The position numbers and the translations under genes were made by a program. The notes under the pieces are model-generated. The model did no database searches. It was not told the origin of the DNA and worked only from the letters and a program-made list of their open reading frames with translations. Shown here piece by piece: positions 21,017-33,133 of a DNA stretch of 64,000 nt. Source of the stretch: Epithemia pelagica (taxonomy: Eukaryota; Protista; Bacillariophyta); contig OX337236.1 of the NCBI GenBank assembly GCA_946965045.2, positions 2,604,001 to 2,668,000 on the forward strand. The letters run 5' to 3'. The number at the start of each line of letters is the position of its first letter. Position 1 is the stretch's first letter.

Positions 21017-24000
21017 CTCCCCACAGCTCGTTGGTTCAGCCTTGTCATCGCTGGATTCGTGGAGATCTTGAACTTCTCCTCTCCAAAACAGAGTAGAGGC
21101 CAAATAGTTGCAAACTCCCAATGCTTGCTGAGGATGTCGGCAGGGTTGGTCTCCCCATCCTTCCAATAGAATGCAATGTATTGCGCTGCTATCGCTTCTC
21201 GTACCCGGTGATATGAAAGGAGATGATGTCTCTTGGACAAGATAGAATGAGTCATTGTTGTGTTAATAACCACAGATCGATTGTCTCCAAATAGATAGCT
21301 GCGATCCCTGATTGGTACTCCAAGGTAACGGAGTGAATGCCGTAATTCAGTGATTTGGTCGACTGCTGTCCTTGCTGCCACAAATTCTGATCCATACGTT
21401 GCCGTTTCCACAGTGCTCTGTCGTTTGCTGTACCAATCAATTGGCGTCCCATTTGAGAGATGCAAGATGGCTGTTACAGACTTTCCTGTGATCATGTCGT
21501 GCATGAGGTTAGCATCAACATCGTGCGTTGTCGTCACATATCGTCCAAGTGGTTCTGGGCAATCATGAGGGACGTATTCCTTGGCATCTGAATAGACCGT
21601 ACGACTCCAATCAAAGTCTTGACTTGGAATGCTTGAGAAATTGGGCTCTCCAATTTGGAATCTGATTGCACCATCAGAAAGATTGAAAAGGTATCCGTAG
21701 ATGCGTTTAGCTCCGTCGAGATGTCCCTGTCTTGGAGCTGCGCGGAACCTGGAAAGGGTCATCGTAGCGGTAAAGACATCAAAGTGACCAATTGTAATCA
21801 CCCACTGGAGTTGTCCAATCAAGGTCTGGAAGTGCTGTGTACCTTCTTCATCAAGGAGTTCGGTGTCGTCCAATTCCGGGTGATCACCAGCAGTGAGAGG
21901 GGTTTTAGCCTTCTTGGGTTTCTCCTTGAAGATACGTTCGAAGGTGTCCATCATTTTGCTAATGTATCGGTGTGGATCAGAGACTGGGGTTCCGTCTGGG
22001 TCCTTGGTGTATCGGCATCCCAGGTGGTAGTCAATAGGTCCATCTCCCTTAAGCTTGAAGTTGTACTTTTCCTTGAAGACTTTGCAAATGTCTCCAGGGT
22101 CAGTAGCTATGATGGCTAAGTCATCCACATACACGGCGATGTATTCGTAGCAATCCTCCCCAGGTGCCTTTCTCATCCAAATGTCAGGATCTGCCTTGCT
22201 TGGTGAGAAACCCATATCGGTGAGGACGTCAAAAAGGACATCATGCCATCGTGCACCTGACGATTTGAGACCGTAGAGGGCCTTGTAGATGATGAGGATG
22301 TGACCTTCTAGCTCCTTGAACTCGGGTCCTGCCACAATATATAACTTCTCCCCAGTCAATGCTTCAAGATACGCATTCCCAATGTCTGCTCCCCATACTT
22401 CTAGATCGTTCAGAGATCCAAGGAATAAAGCAATTCGTAGGTTGCGAATAGAAACAACTCCAGAGTAGATCGTTTCCACAGGTTCCTTCGTCAAGTGTCC
22501 ATCTGCAGCAAGTCGTGCCTTGTGCCTACCATCATGTTTCACATCAAAAACGAGATGCACTCGAATCTTTTGATATCCTTCAGGTGCATTTGATACCTTG
22601 CCGTTTTTGAAGATGGCCTTTCCATGGTCCTTGAAAGTCTTGTATGACTGTATCTGAGACAGCTCCAATTCAGTTGCGTCTTGCCACTTTGTTGTACCAT
22701 TTTGCTTGTCGAGAGCTACAGCTTCTGCATAATCACGTGGGACTTGGAATCCAAATTTGTACTTGACTGAGCAAGGTACTTGCTTGATTCTTGACTGTTT
22801 TGCTTCACGTATTAGGCGTTTGCTCGTCTTGACATATCGTTTCAGGTGTTTCCATCCTGGCTCATCAAGAAGACCATGCTTCTTCCCATATATTGCGACA
22901 GTGACAGGATCATCATTGGCAATGAGAGAAAGTGGTTCATATGTCGTCTCCCCAGTCTCCCAATCAACAAGCAAGTTATAGTTGCTCCCTTTGTAGTCTG
23001 GGTCACTTGTAGACAATGGGCCTTGATGTGCGATAACGTCTCTGAAGCGGAATAGGTTATTCCCTGATGTCTGTGCTTGATTGTCTCTTTCGATGTACTC
23101 CATCAACTGATTGTAGGAGATCATTTCGTCGACATCAGAGTTGGTCTTGCGGTAGATGTACTTGATGCGTTCCTCTTGTTGGAGTGATTCTTCATTAAGG
23201 TCTACAACTCGTTTAATGATACGTACTCGATGGCGCTCCCCATTTTCTTCTGTGTCACACAAGAAGGTGCGTCCTATCATATCGTCGCAATTGATAGTGG
23301 GCATTGGTTTGGATGGATCTTCACTTTTACTGCAAATGAAGACAGTGTCAGCCAGCTTATCATTGTCGTCGTTTGAAGGTACGTCCTCCCCTGAAGGTCG
23401 ATCCACACGGAGGTTGGGTGTAGTGGAAGCAACGCGGCAAACAGCAGAACGGTAAAGGATGTGATTGTTGGCAGACAAGATGTTCCACGTAAAAGCATCA
23501 CCAATATGGCGGGCAAAACCAACCCAATGGCCAAGTTGCGCATCGGTCAAAGAAGGGTAGGGACCAGACGGCGGTGCGGAGGAGTCGACACGGTAACGAC
23601 GCTGGTGAAGGGTGGGGCTATCATCATTGGCATCGGAAAAGCAAGAGAAGAAGGATGTGGTGTCGGGGCCATGATCATAAGGGAGGTCAAGGAGAAGGGT
23701 GAGGTTACAGACAACACGGTTAGTAGACTCCCCATAATTGTCATACGGATATCGTGGCAGACTACCATCGGTATTCACTTGGTGCCATGTCGAAGATGCA
23801 TCATGTTGTGATTTAGAATGACGATCATGATCAAGAACAGAGGGGTCCCAAGTAGATGACGAAGTGAAGATGATCTGAGGCAATCTGTTCATGTCATCAT
23901 CGGAAGGAACACCCAAAGAATGAATATAGGTAAGGCCATCCTTGACACAAAGGGGTAAAGTACGTCCATCAAGAGTGGTGATACGCTGTTTTCCATCCAC

Positions 24001-25682
24001 TTTGACAGAACGTTCATCCACAGAGAGCCCATAGTGTTCCAGTTGGCCAGGTGCATGAATAGATAGTCCTTTTCCATAGTATGCATATTCGTTGAAGATG
24101 CCGACGATGGGACCATCATTAGTTTCAAACTTGGCAGCACAGGTGACAACAGGGAGACCAGGGAGCTCATGGTTGTCAATTCCCACAATCGTGATGTTGC
24201 GTCCTGTCTTCGAAAGAATGCGCATATCAGTTCCGGCTAGGCCGCCATTGGCACCTCGGTCAATCAATTGGTTCCCAGTATAAGTGGACTTTCTAGAGAA
24301 CATATACTGAGCCATATGAACCTTCTGCTTGTGCTCGTTTTGTTTGAAGCTAACCTTCTTGCTCCTCTTGGATGCAGCATTGGATAGAACATTGGACAGA
24401 TCAGAAGCTGGGTGGTTAAGATCAGTAGACGTCATGGCTTGATAGATGAGATGGGTAGCTGGATCAGAATCATCTTGCAAATATGTTGATTCATCATGGA
24501 CAATATCATCAGGAGCATCTTGACCAGGGTCAGGGTCTGGTTCAGGATCAATGTCGAGGGAATGTTGTTGTACCTTCCTGGGACTTGTAGGAGAAGCTTG
24601 AACATTCTTGTTGTATTCCACAATCACCTTGCGAGCTTCTTCAGGGAGTTTGAACCATAAGTCACGAGAAAGACTGGCTTTTGTCGATGCCGTGCTATCA
24701 TCTTGGACATTGGTATTGTGTATCTGATGCTCATCATCTTTCTGAGGAGATCTGTCTGTATCATACTGCAATTCATGTTGTTTGATGTTACAGCGATGAC
24801 CAGTTGCAGAGGATTGTGTGACCTGATCGTGATCGTATGCTGCATCCATCAATATAGAAAAGTATGATTGGTAACATAAGGACCTCACTCCTGACTTCGT
24901 GTTGACTACATTGTCCAGAATCTTGACTCTGCGAAGATCGGGTACCTTTTCGACCGCTTGCATAAGAAACGTCATCCTGGTATGATCAGGTATACGATCA
25001 GAAAGGTCAACAAGGTTATCGAGTAAACGTAGTTTGTCTTGGAAATGGAGCAAGAATTGTCGCGCTGATCCACGCCATGTGTCGTCAAGACGAAGGTTGG
25101 AGATGTAGTTGGTTAGCCGAAGAACTTCTCGCTTTGCCAAATCTGATTTTGTATGCAACGTATGGAGCTTCTCTAATACGGCACGTGCGTCTTCATCATG
25201 CTCATGTTCGCGAACATGAGCCCTTCCTTGGTCGGTCTGAATGATGCGCACGAGAACGGAGTACAAGAAGATCTGTTGTTCTTGGAATAACTCTTGTGCA
25301 TATGTATCGTTGATCGGTGGCTTGTACTTGAAGTCAAGGACATTGGATAAACCTTGGGCTTTTGCTGTGGTCTTGAATGTTCTCCAGAATGTGTCGTAGT
25401 ACCGCTCATCCTTGAAAGTTTCGTATTGGCATGTAGTTCGTGCATTTGTTCTCCTGACTTGTATTTAGTCATACTATCCATGTTCTTATCAGGATCAATC
25501 GCCATATGTTCAATGATACTGAGGATATTGTCAAAAGCATGATGGTGCATCCACTTCAGGAGTACATCGACCCTTTCCTTGGAAAAGTTGAATAGCACTT
25601 GAGTAATATGATCAAAGACCTCTTGTTCAGATATACTCTGACTGGGATTAAACTCAGGTGTCGTCCGTGTAGTCGGTTCCAT
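20986..25682 (-). pseudogene. Defective gag-pol polyprotein of the copia element
   Basis: Gag ATG at 25682, frameshift near 25430 into ...QYETFKDERYYDTFWRTF. Protease LIDRGANGGLAG. No integrase DDE core. Chromo-like LLVDWETGETTYEPL. RT HLVFDVKHDGRHKARL, ADIGNAYLEA, YVDDL. RNase H DANL..D..TGKS, WYSKRQSTVETATYGSEF, NPADILSK. A terminal frameshift carries the ORF into the 3' LTR. Confidence 0.9.
21017..21027 (-). promoter_or_regulatory. Polypurine tract (GCTGTGGGGAG) abutting the 3' LTR
   Basis: GGGGAG directly precedes TAGTAGAAC on the minus strand. Confidence 0.75.
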
Positions 25683-26224
25683 GATTGCTTGACTTGCTGA
25701 TAAGATATGTAAGTATGTGTCCTGTGATGTCTTGAAAACTTAATTTATGTCTCGTGTTTCGTGATAAGAACCCGGATGTCCCACGTATATCCACGTGTGC
25801 CACGTATGTAAATACCCGGATGTGTGTCCTGATGTCCAAAAGGTAACCCGGATGTGCGGAACTCGGTTTTGTCTCTGGTTTGGTGTGAAAACCACTTAAA
25901 GTTACTTATACTTGGTCAGTTCCGGACTCGTTACGGTAATCGAGTTGAACCGGGGAGTCAGGAACAATGGTAGCTTCCTCTTCTTGCTCGTAGTCCTCAA
26001 CAAAGTGGTTCACTGGTTGGGGTGAGCGGGTAGGTAGTTGCACAGAGTCCTGGTGCAGCTTGAGGTCCTGGAATAGGAGAGGGTTGGTGACCCTAGCCTT
26101 AGCCAGACTGGCCCTGTTGTTGGGTTGGGTAGCTTTGTCCTCTTTCTCTTGTTTGTTGGGGTTTCTCAATCTGTAATGGGTGTTGATGGGTAAGTAATGT
26201 TCCAAATGCAACTGCAGGGAAATA

Positions 26225-26243
26225 AGCAGTGAGACTGTTAATC
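26225..26243 (-). promoter_or_regulatory. Primer-binding site, apparently complementary to the anticodon arm of tRNA-Asn(GUU)
   Basis: GATTAACAGTCTCACTGCT immediately follows the 5' LTR. Its complement reads ...AGA-CT-GTT-AA-TC, an anticodon loop CUGUUAA closed by A31-U39 and G30-C40. There is no TGG (CCA-end) PBS. Confidence 0.65.
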
Positions 26244-27008
26244 TAGTAGAGATTCATCAATGCACGCTCTAGAAGAGCCACAATCGATTACCAACTGATA
26301 CCAAGGTTCTCCACGGGTCAGAGAACAAAGGAAACCCAAGGGTTCTATCGTAGGGATAGTCAGGACACTGAAGACGTGATGATATGGTAATGTTAATGAT
26401 TGTGAGCTTACTACTAGGTTTGGTGTGTGAGGTTTCCATTCTTGTTGTCGATCGTGTGAAATAGGTTCTTGGCGGTGATAGGACTGGAATGGTTGGAGTT
26501 GATGTATGTGAGGTATATGACATGTATATGTGCTTGTATAACATATACAGCCTCAACAATTCTTGGCTAAAGTTGGTATATGAAGTTTTGTTGGCGCGTC
26601 CTTGTTTGCAATCTTGAAATAGTGGGAACGATGATATGGTCTCGCGTGATCGTGATTCGTGCCTTGGGTACTTAGACCGTTGGGTCGGATACATGCTCGC
26701 CACGCTCGGATAGTTCTTGCGCGCGTCTTGACGAATTTGGGCGCGCTCGCTTAGGACAAAGGTCAGGCTTGAATGTTCAACGGATGATCGTCCGTTGATA
26801 GGATATCAAGACCAAAGTTGAGTCTTGATAGCACGTTCGTCAATCTGTTCTCACTTTTTGTATATGCGACCGAAATATAGGTTGAGCTAGCACGAAGCTA
26901 GGTATGTAGTGTGGATGTAGGTGGTGTAGGTGATGTTTGAAGCCACGGGACTCGACTAACCGATGAGGTGCCGAACCTTACCGATGATTTTCGGTGAGAG
27001 TTCTACTA
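26244..27008 (-). repeat. 5' LTR (765 bp), ends TAGTAGA...TCTACTA (7-bp perfect terminal inverted repeat)
   Basis: Boundaries are fixed by the TSD on the outside and the PBS on the inside. Confidence 0.95.
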
Positions 27009-29884
27009 GGAAGGGAAGTTGGATTTTTCGTGACATGGCGATTTCAAATAACGCATTTGAGATACGGAAGTGGTTGAGGACGCGGGGTTGATGTAGCGTA
27101 CAGGATGTGAGTCGTGAGAGGGCGGAGGGGAGGGAGCGGTGGAGTGTTGATGGGGTAGAATCAACAATCAACGGGAGTAGATGTGACTCCTGGTTGTGGA
27201 TTGTGAGTTGTCGTTGGGCATCGGCCGGGTAGACAGTCGGGTCGGCGACATCGAAAGGGAGGTCGTTGGTGAAAAAGGAGGCAAAATGTTGGTGGATTTC
27301 CGTGAAGGAACGTGGAGTCGGGAAAGTGGCGGGGTTGGTGCTGTTGGAGAGAGAAAAAATGTGGGTGTGAGCCTGGGGATACGTGGTTGATGTTGCTAGG
27401 CGAAGGGACCGGCTGATGGAGTTGAGCAGGGATGGCACGGCGGTGGTACGGTGGCAGGGGTACCCGAGTCCTCCTAGGGCCGTGGAGAGATGGGCGAGGT
27501 AAAGCGAATGGGACGGGATGTTGGGAGTGTGGGTGAGTTGTTTCAGGAAGGTGGTGACAATTTTGTCCAGCCGTGGGGAAAGAAAGTTTGTCCAGAGGGT
27601 CGTAGTGGGCAGTGGATTGGAGCGGTGTCGGAGGCGTAGTAATATGTCTGCCGATAGGAGATGGGTGATTTTGGGTAGGACGCTCGATCGGAAGAGAATG
27701 GATTTGGTCTGGGAGTTGCGGTAGGACTGGATGGCGGTTGCTGAGAGTTCGATGTTGTCGAGTTTGGTGGTAAGGAATTGTTGGATGAAGCTGTCGCTGC
27801 CGACTGGATGTCCCAAAAAGCGCGTTCCCGTGGTGATTTCTGCGTCGGAGGGGTGAGAAGGGTTGAGGAAGGAGAGAGCCTGTTCGAGGTGTTGTTTGTT
27901 TGACGGGGTGAGGGTGTGGATGGGACTGTTGCCGTTGGTAGAAGTTAAGATTTTGGTTTTAGCCTTGTTGAGGTGGATACCGAAAGGCTGCCCAAGTTTT
28001 TCGAAGCTTTGAAGAAAGGGAAGGAGATCTTCGTGGAGTAAACATATGGATATCCATGACACTTGCGGTGTGGCTGATGCCACCCATGTTGTCGTCGCAG
28101 AGAAGGTGGTGTTTGATTCTTTCAAGGGCACGGGTGGACAGGTTTTTGTTGATGGTGGCGGTGAGTGCGGCAAGGACAAGGCAGGCGAAAAGGGGGCTGA
28201 GGGGGCTGAGGGGGCAGCCTTGGCTGAACCCTTCGGGTTGGTTGAGGGTGTGATTTTCTCCATGGTGGTCTTGGTACCAGTTTGCTGTGTCGGTTGCATA
28301 CAAGAGGTCGAAAAGCGCGACCAGTGGCCTGGTGGCGGTGTGGGATTGAAGGATTTCGCGGCAGCGTGTGCGTGAACATGCGTTGAACATGTTCGTAAGG
28401 TCGAGAAGAATGAGGGCTCGTGTGGGTGGAGTGCTGTGGGTGGCGTCGGTGGTGATGTACCGGTCTATCTGTTGCTGGGTGATGTGGGCTGTGAAATCGA
28501 CACCGCCACTTGTGTTAATTCCGTATTGTCCTTGGGTGGTCAGGATGGGTTCAATGTCATCGGCTGTGGTTGTAAGGGCAATGGTTGCGGCCGCGCGGCA
28601 AAGGGCGGTGCCAATGCCGATGGGTCGTAATTTTTGGAGATTGCCCATGTCTTTGTGTAGGGCAAAGAAGTGGATAGACGAGAAGTACGTGCGGACAGGA
28701 GAAGGCATTTGGTTGTTGAGGATGTGTTCGAAGAGGTGTTTAAGGTTGTGAAAGTACGGCCGGTCGGCGGATGGATGGGTGGTTGAACGGTGGAGTCCCA
28801 GCGCTCGGATTGTATCGATAGAGGCGGAAAAAGGACCAGGGGCGGTTCCTTGACTGAGGCGGTGGAGGGCCTGTTCGAAGGTCGCATCTGTGATTGTGTT
28901 GTTGTGTTCTGGTGTGTACTGTTGGTTTCGGAGGTGATGTGGGGGGTCGAGCCTGGGTGGGTAGAGGGATGTTTCGACAATTTTGATCCTGTCTGGAGTA
29001 AGTGTGGCGATGGGCATTGTTGCTGTGAGTCTGTTGTGTGCTGCCCTAATATTTCTGAGGTCTGCGGCTTGTTGGGCGAAGGTGGCCATCGATTCTGGGG
29101 TTGGTTTGTGGGGTGTTTGGTTTTGTTTGTGTTTATTGGTGCGATGGTGTCTTTGTGGCGTGGTGGTTGTGTTGTCGGGGTGCCAGATGTTGTTGAACAG
29201 GAGGATTAGGTCTCCTTGTTTGAGTTGGGCTACTCTGTGTTTTAGGGCGTTGTGGTGGGTTCTGTGCTGGGATTGTTGGATGGGGGCGAGGAGGAGGGCT
29301 TCGATGATGAATAACAATTTCCAGAAGGGGGTACTATCGGTGTTGTGTTTGGGTTGTGTGGTTGGAGGGTTGGTCGTGGCGAAGGGAAAGGAGGCTTGGT
29401 TGGTCCAGTCAATGATCATGTTAAACGTTTGAAGAAATAGACGCCTGGCTTGTGGTTTGAGTTTGGTGAATGATGATCGGTGAAAGGGTGGTGGAGTGAG
29501 AGGGAGATTGTGGAGGAAGGCGAGTTGGTCTAGCCATTGTTGTGATTGTGTTGATGAGAGGTGTCGGAGGCTCTTCTTGATGATGTCTAGGTTTGTTGTT
29601 TGGCGGCAGTGGCTTTTGTTGGTGTGGGTTTGGAGGTGTCGTGGGGTGGTGAAGATTGCTGTTGGTTCATTGCATAGACGGCAGGGGTGGAGGTTGTGTC
29701 GGTGACAAAAACGGTCGGTGAGGTGGGTGGTGGATTCGTCGGGGTGGGCTTGTTGGAGGTGGAGGCGGATTTGGTCTGTGGTTTGGCGATTGGTGGAGGC
29801 GGGGGTGGAATGCCATGAGCAATTTGGGTAGGGGCAGGGGGTGTGGGAGGGTGGTGTTTTTGAGTTGTGGTTGGGGCTACTCAT
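27009..29884 (-). pseudogene. Non-LTR ORF2, N-terminal and central part: C2H2 Zn fingers + reverse transcriptase
   Basis: CPYPNC..HLQQAH and CRLC..HLQTH fingers. RT motifs KLRPIGIG, QYG..TSGG, LDLTNMFN, GFSQGCPLSP, GIHLNKAKTKIL, RFLGHPVG, LGGLG. Frameshift at the (V)MDD motif near 28050; 9-bp duplication at 28192-28209. Confidence 0.9.
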
Positions 29885-32800
29885 GATTTGTTTGCCCCTC
29901 TGTGGGGTTGATTGTGTTTGTGGGGTGATCGTCGATTTCCATGTCGATGGTAGTGTTGTTGTTGGGGTTGTGGTTGGATTCGGGTTGGAAGATGGTGTTT
30001 GGGTCTTGGATTAAGTCATGTGCAAACTGCCAGATTGTTTTGGCGTCGGTGTCGTTGAAAGAGGAGAGTTTGTCGACTAGTTGGTCTGTGAATGTGGTGA
30101 GCAGGGCGGGGTCATTGCTCCTGAGGTAGTCATCGAGCAATTCCAGCTCGTGTGTGGTGTCTTGGGAGAAGTGGTTCGACGGAATACGGTATAGGAGGTG
30201 GTCTGGGGGTCGGTTGTTGGTGTCGGGTTCGTCGTCTTGGGAGGAGAAGAGGTTGGAGTCGGGTGGTGGCGTGGATGGTGTGGTGGTGGGTCCTTTGGGT
30301 CCTTTGGTTGGTGTTGAGGTGGGGTTGTCGATTGGGTTGGGTTCTTCGTCGTCGGAGTCGCCTGCAAGTACATGGTAGGGGTTATTTGAGGTGTTGGTTT
30401 TGTTGGTGGTGGTTGTGGACGGTGTGGTTGTGGCTGAGGTGTCGTTGGTGTTCTCTGTTGGTGTATTGGGGTTGTCGTTTGGTGAGGCGGGGCGTTTGCG
30501 TGTGGGTGTTTCTGTGATCGGGTCGGAATTGGGGTGGGATGGTTGGTGGTTGTTTGCAGGTGCAGGTTTGTTGAATTGGTTGGCGAGGGCGGCCAATCGC
30601 TTGGTGCGATTGGCGGCTGATGGGCGGTGAATCTTCGAGGAAGGGGTGGTTTTTGCTGTGATGGCTGCCATGGTTTGGTTGAGGAGGTGGGGGGGGGGGG
30701 GGGGGGGGGAAATCCTGCCAGTTTCTCACGTATGTTGGTGGGGTTAATGTGCATGGTTCCTATATTACAGTGTAGGAAGAGATTGTAACTCTCTGGCGAT
30801 GGGTTGTGGGCCGAGAATTGGGGGAACAGTCCACGGTAATCGGTCAAATGGAAGAGTGCGTCCCAGTCGTCGGGAGATGCGTCAGGGTTGATGTTGTGGA
30901 GGCGGACGATGTGACATTCCGCAAAGTTGGTGTCTATTGTGCGTAGTGAGTCGATATATTCTGATCTTTCGGATGGGTTGTCGGGGAATGGGAGGAGGTG
31001 AAAAGGGACCTTGTGGTAGGTGAGGTCGTGTTGGTTGGCTTGAGTGAACGCTTCTGCTGCGTCTAAGAGGATTTCAAATTTTTCTTGGGATGAAGAGGAG
31101 ATGATGGCGGTGGGGAGAGTGAGTTTTGGTCCTTTGTTCGTTGTGTGGCCGGTGATAGATCCGTCGCGGAGGCCGTAGTGCGTGGAGAAAGCTGCCATGG
31201 AGTGCAGGTCAGGTGGGAGATGGGGGAACAGTTGGTCTCGGATGGCGGTGAGCACGTGGAGGAAGGCTCGTTTGTGGAAGATGGTTTTGGGTGGTAGGCC
31301 CGCGAGGAGGCCGAAGCCGCGGCAGTCCGGGTGGTTGCAGGCCGGAGCATACAGTTTGAGTTGGGGGGCGCGTTCGTTGGTGGTTGGGTTGGAGTCAGGG
31401 GTGGCTGGTTGCAGGATGTCTTGGAGGCCGGTGGTGGGGTCGTGGGTAAAGTCTTGGTGGTGGTGGTGGTTCCAACGTTGTAGGATGAATTTGAGCGCTT
31501 GCTCGTGGTACAATTCTGAGTCAAATTGGTCTTGTGTGGCGGCGGGTTTCAGCACGACCTGGAATGTGGAGACGTGTCCCCGTGGAGTGGTGTTGGGGCG
31601 ACGGGAGGGGGTCGGGATCTTGGTGGTGAGGTAGTTGATTTCGTGGATGGCCAGAAGGATGGGTTGTTCACGTGTGCGGTGGTGGTCCAGTGTGGCTTGA
31701 ATTATATTTTTGATGGTGGTTCCGGAGAGCGGGGGGAGACGCTGTTCTCGAGTGGGGTCGGCCTCGTGGTGCACGTAGGCGTTCCAATAGATGTAGTTTG
31801 TGGTTATGGAGTCTTCGGTATCGTCGTTGTTGTGGTAGGAGTAGGGACTGGGTGGTGTGGTGGGAGGGTTCTTGGGGTTGGATGCCGAGTTTTTCTGGGT
31901 TTTGTAGGGATTCTTGGTGGGGTTGGAGCTGGGTGGGGACTTGGAGGTGGGGATGCTGGGTGAGGACGTGGGTGGGGATGGAGTGGATGGTTGCTTGGTG
32001 GTGGTGGTACTGGGTGGGGTCTTGGCTGGAGTGGGGTTGGGGGAAGGAGGTGTTGTAGGGACCGAACGGTGGATGCGGGGTGGTGTGGCCAGGGACGTCT
32101 TGGAGGCCGCGAGGAGGGTTGGGTGAAGGGTAGGGACGGGAAGAGGTTTTTCTAAGATGGTTTTGGTGGTGGAGTTCTTGTTTTTCTGTGTTTTTTTGGT
32201 TTTGTATTTGTTAGGGAGTGGGGTGAGAGTGGAGAGGGGGACCTGGTTGGTGGAGTTGGTGAGGTGGTTCTGACGGGCAAGGGGAGGCGCCATGGTTGGA
32301 GGGAGGGAGCGTTGGGGAAACGGCGTGTAGATCGAGTTGAGGACGACGGCGATAAGGGGACAAAATGAAATTTGTGAGCAAGGAAAGGCGGGTGAGATGG
32401 GTGGTGGTTGAGGGATGAGGTGGATCTGGTTGGGTGTCAGAATTTTCGGTGAGTGTGGTCGGGAGTGTACTGGTGGTGGGATGGTGTCGACTGGCAGCTG
32501 GTAGGGAACGACGTGGAGTGTGGGGAGCGATTCGTTGGTGTCATTGGATGAGTGTCGGCGGCTGGTTGGGGGCATGGGGCATCTGGTTGGGGTCTGGTGA
32601 AGGTGATGTGGCGGAGTTTTGGTGTCAGTTGGGGGGCATGGGCATCTGGTTGGGGTTCTACGGCATCTGGTTTGGGTCAGGGGAAAGTGATGTGGTGGGG
32701 TGGAGGTTCTGATTGGGTTCGGGTGGTGTCTGTTTGTGGCTGGTTGGGGTGGTTGTGATTGGTTGGTGTTGGGTTGGGTGTTTGGTTGGGGTGTGTGGAA

Positions 32801-33133
32801 GGGCTGGGTTTGTTGGGGTGTGTGTGTGGTGGATGGTGGGAGGTTGGTTGGGTACGGATGGGGTCTGGGGGTTGGGGGATGAGGACGGTTGGGTGTTTGG
32901 CATGGTGGGTGGCCAAGGGAATGTTCGTCTTGGAACGTGGGTGTGCTCGATAAAGTGAGGAGCAGCTTGTGGATGGTGTGGGTTGGACCTCCGGTGGTGG
33001 CGGTGGCGGTTGGGAGGAGTACTGGTGGTTTGGTGGAGGTGGAGGGTGCCGTGCGGCCGTAGCGGGGCGGAGATGGTCTCGTCGCTGGCGGGGGAAGCAA
33101 AAACGGCGGTTTCCGCGGCCGGGATGTCTTCAT
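29877..33133 (-). CDS. Non-LTR ORF1 (Pro/Thr/His/Asn-rich with a central globular region), frame break at a G21 run (30689-30709)
   Basis: The 1018-aa and 264-aa ORFs join if the homopolymer is 22 (or 19) nt. The stop overlaps the ORF2 start (ATGAGTAG). The start could be 33133 or 32293 (MAPPLARQ). No known ORF1 domain recognised. Confidence 0.55.

Larger units (their letters stand above)
20252..27008 (-). mobile_element. Ty1/copia LTR retrotransposon (CoDi-like), 6757 bp, non-autonomous, recent insertion
   Basis: Two 765-bp LTRs, 5-bp TSD GGAAG (20247-20251 and 27009-27013), PPT next to the 3' LTR, gene order gag-PR-(IN remnant)-chromo-like-RT-RNaseH. Confidence 0.95.

Noticed and set aside
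20250-27010. Alternative canonical TG...CA LTR boundaries
   Set aside because: No TG/CA lies at or near the repeat ends, and shifting the boundaries destroys the GGAAG TSD and the in-frame restoration of the host ORF.
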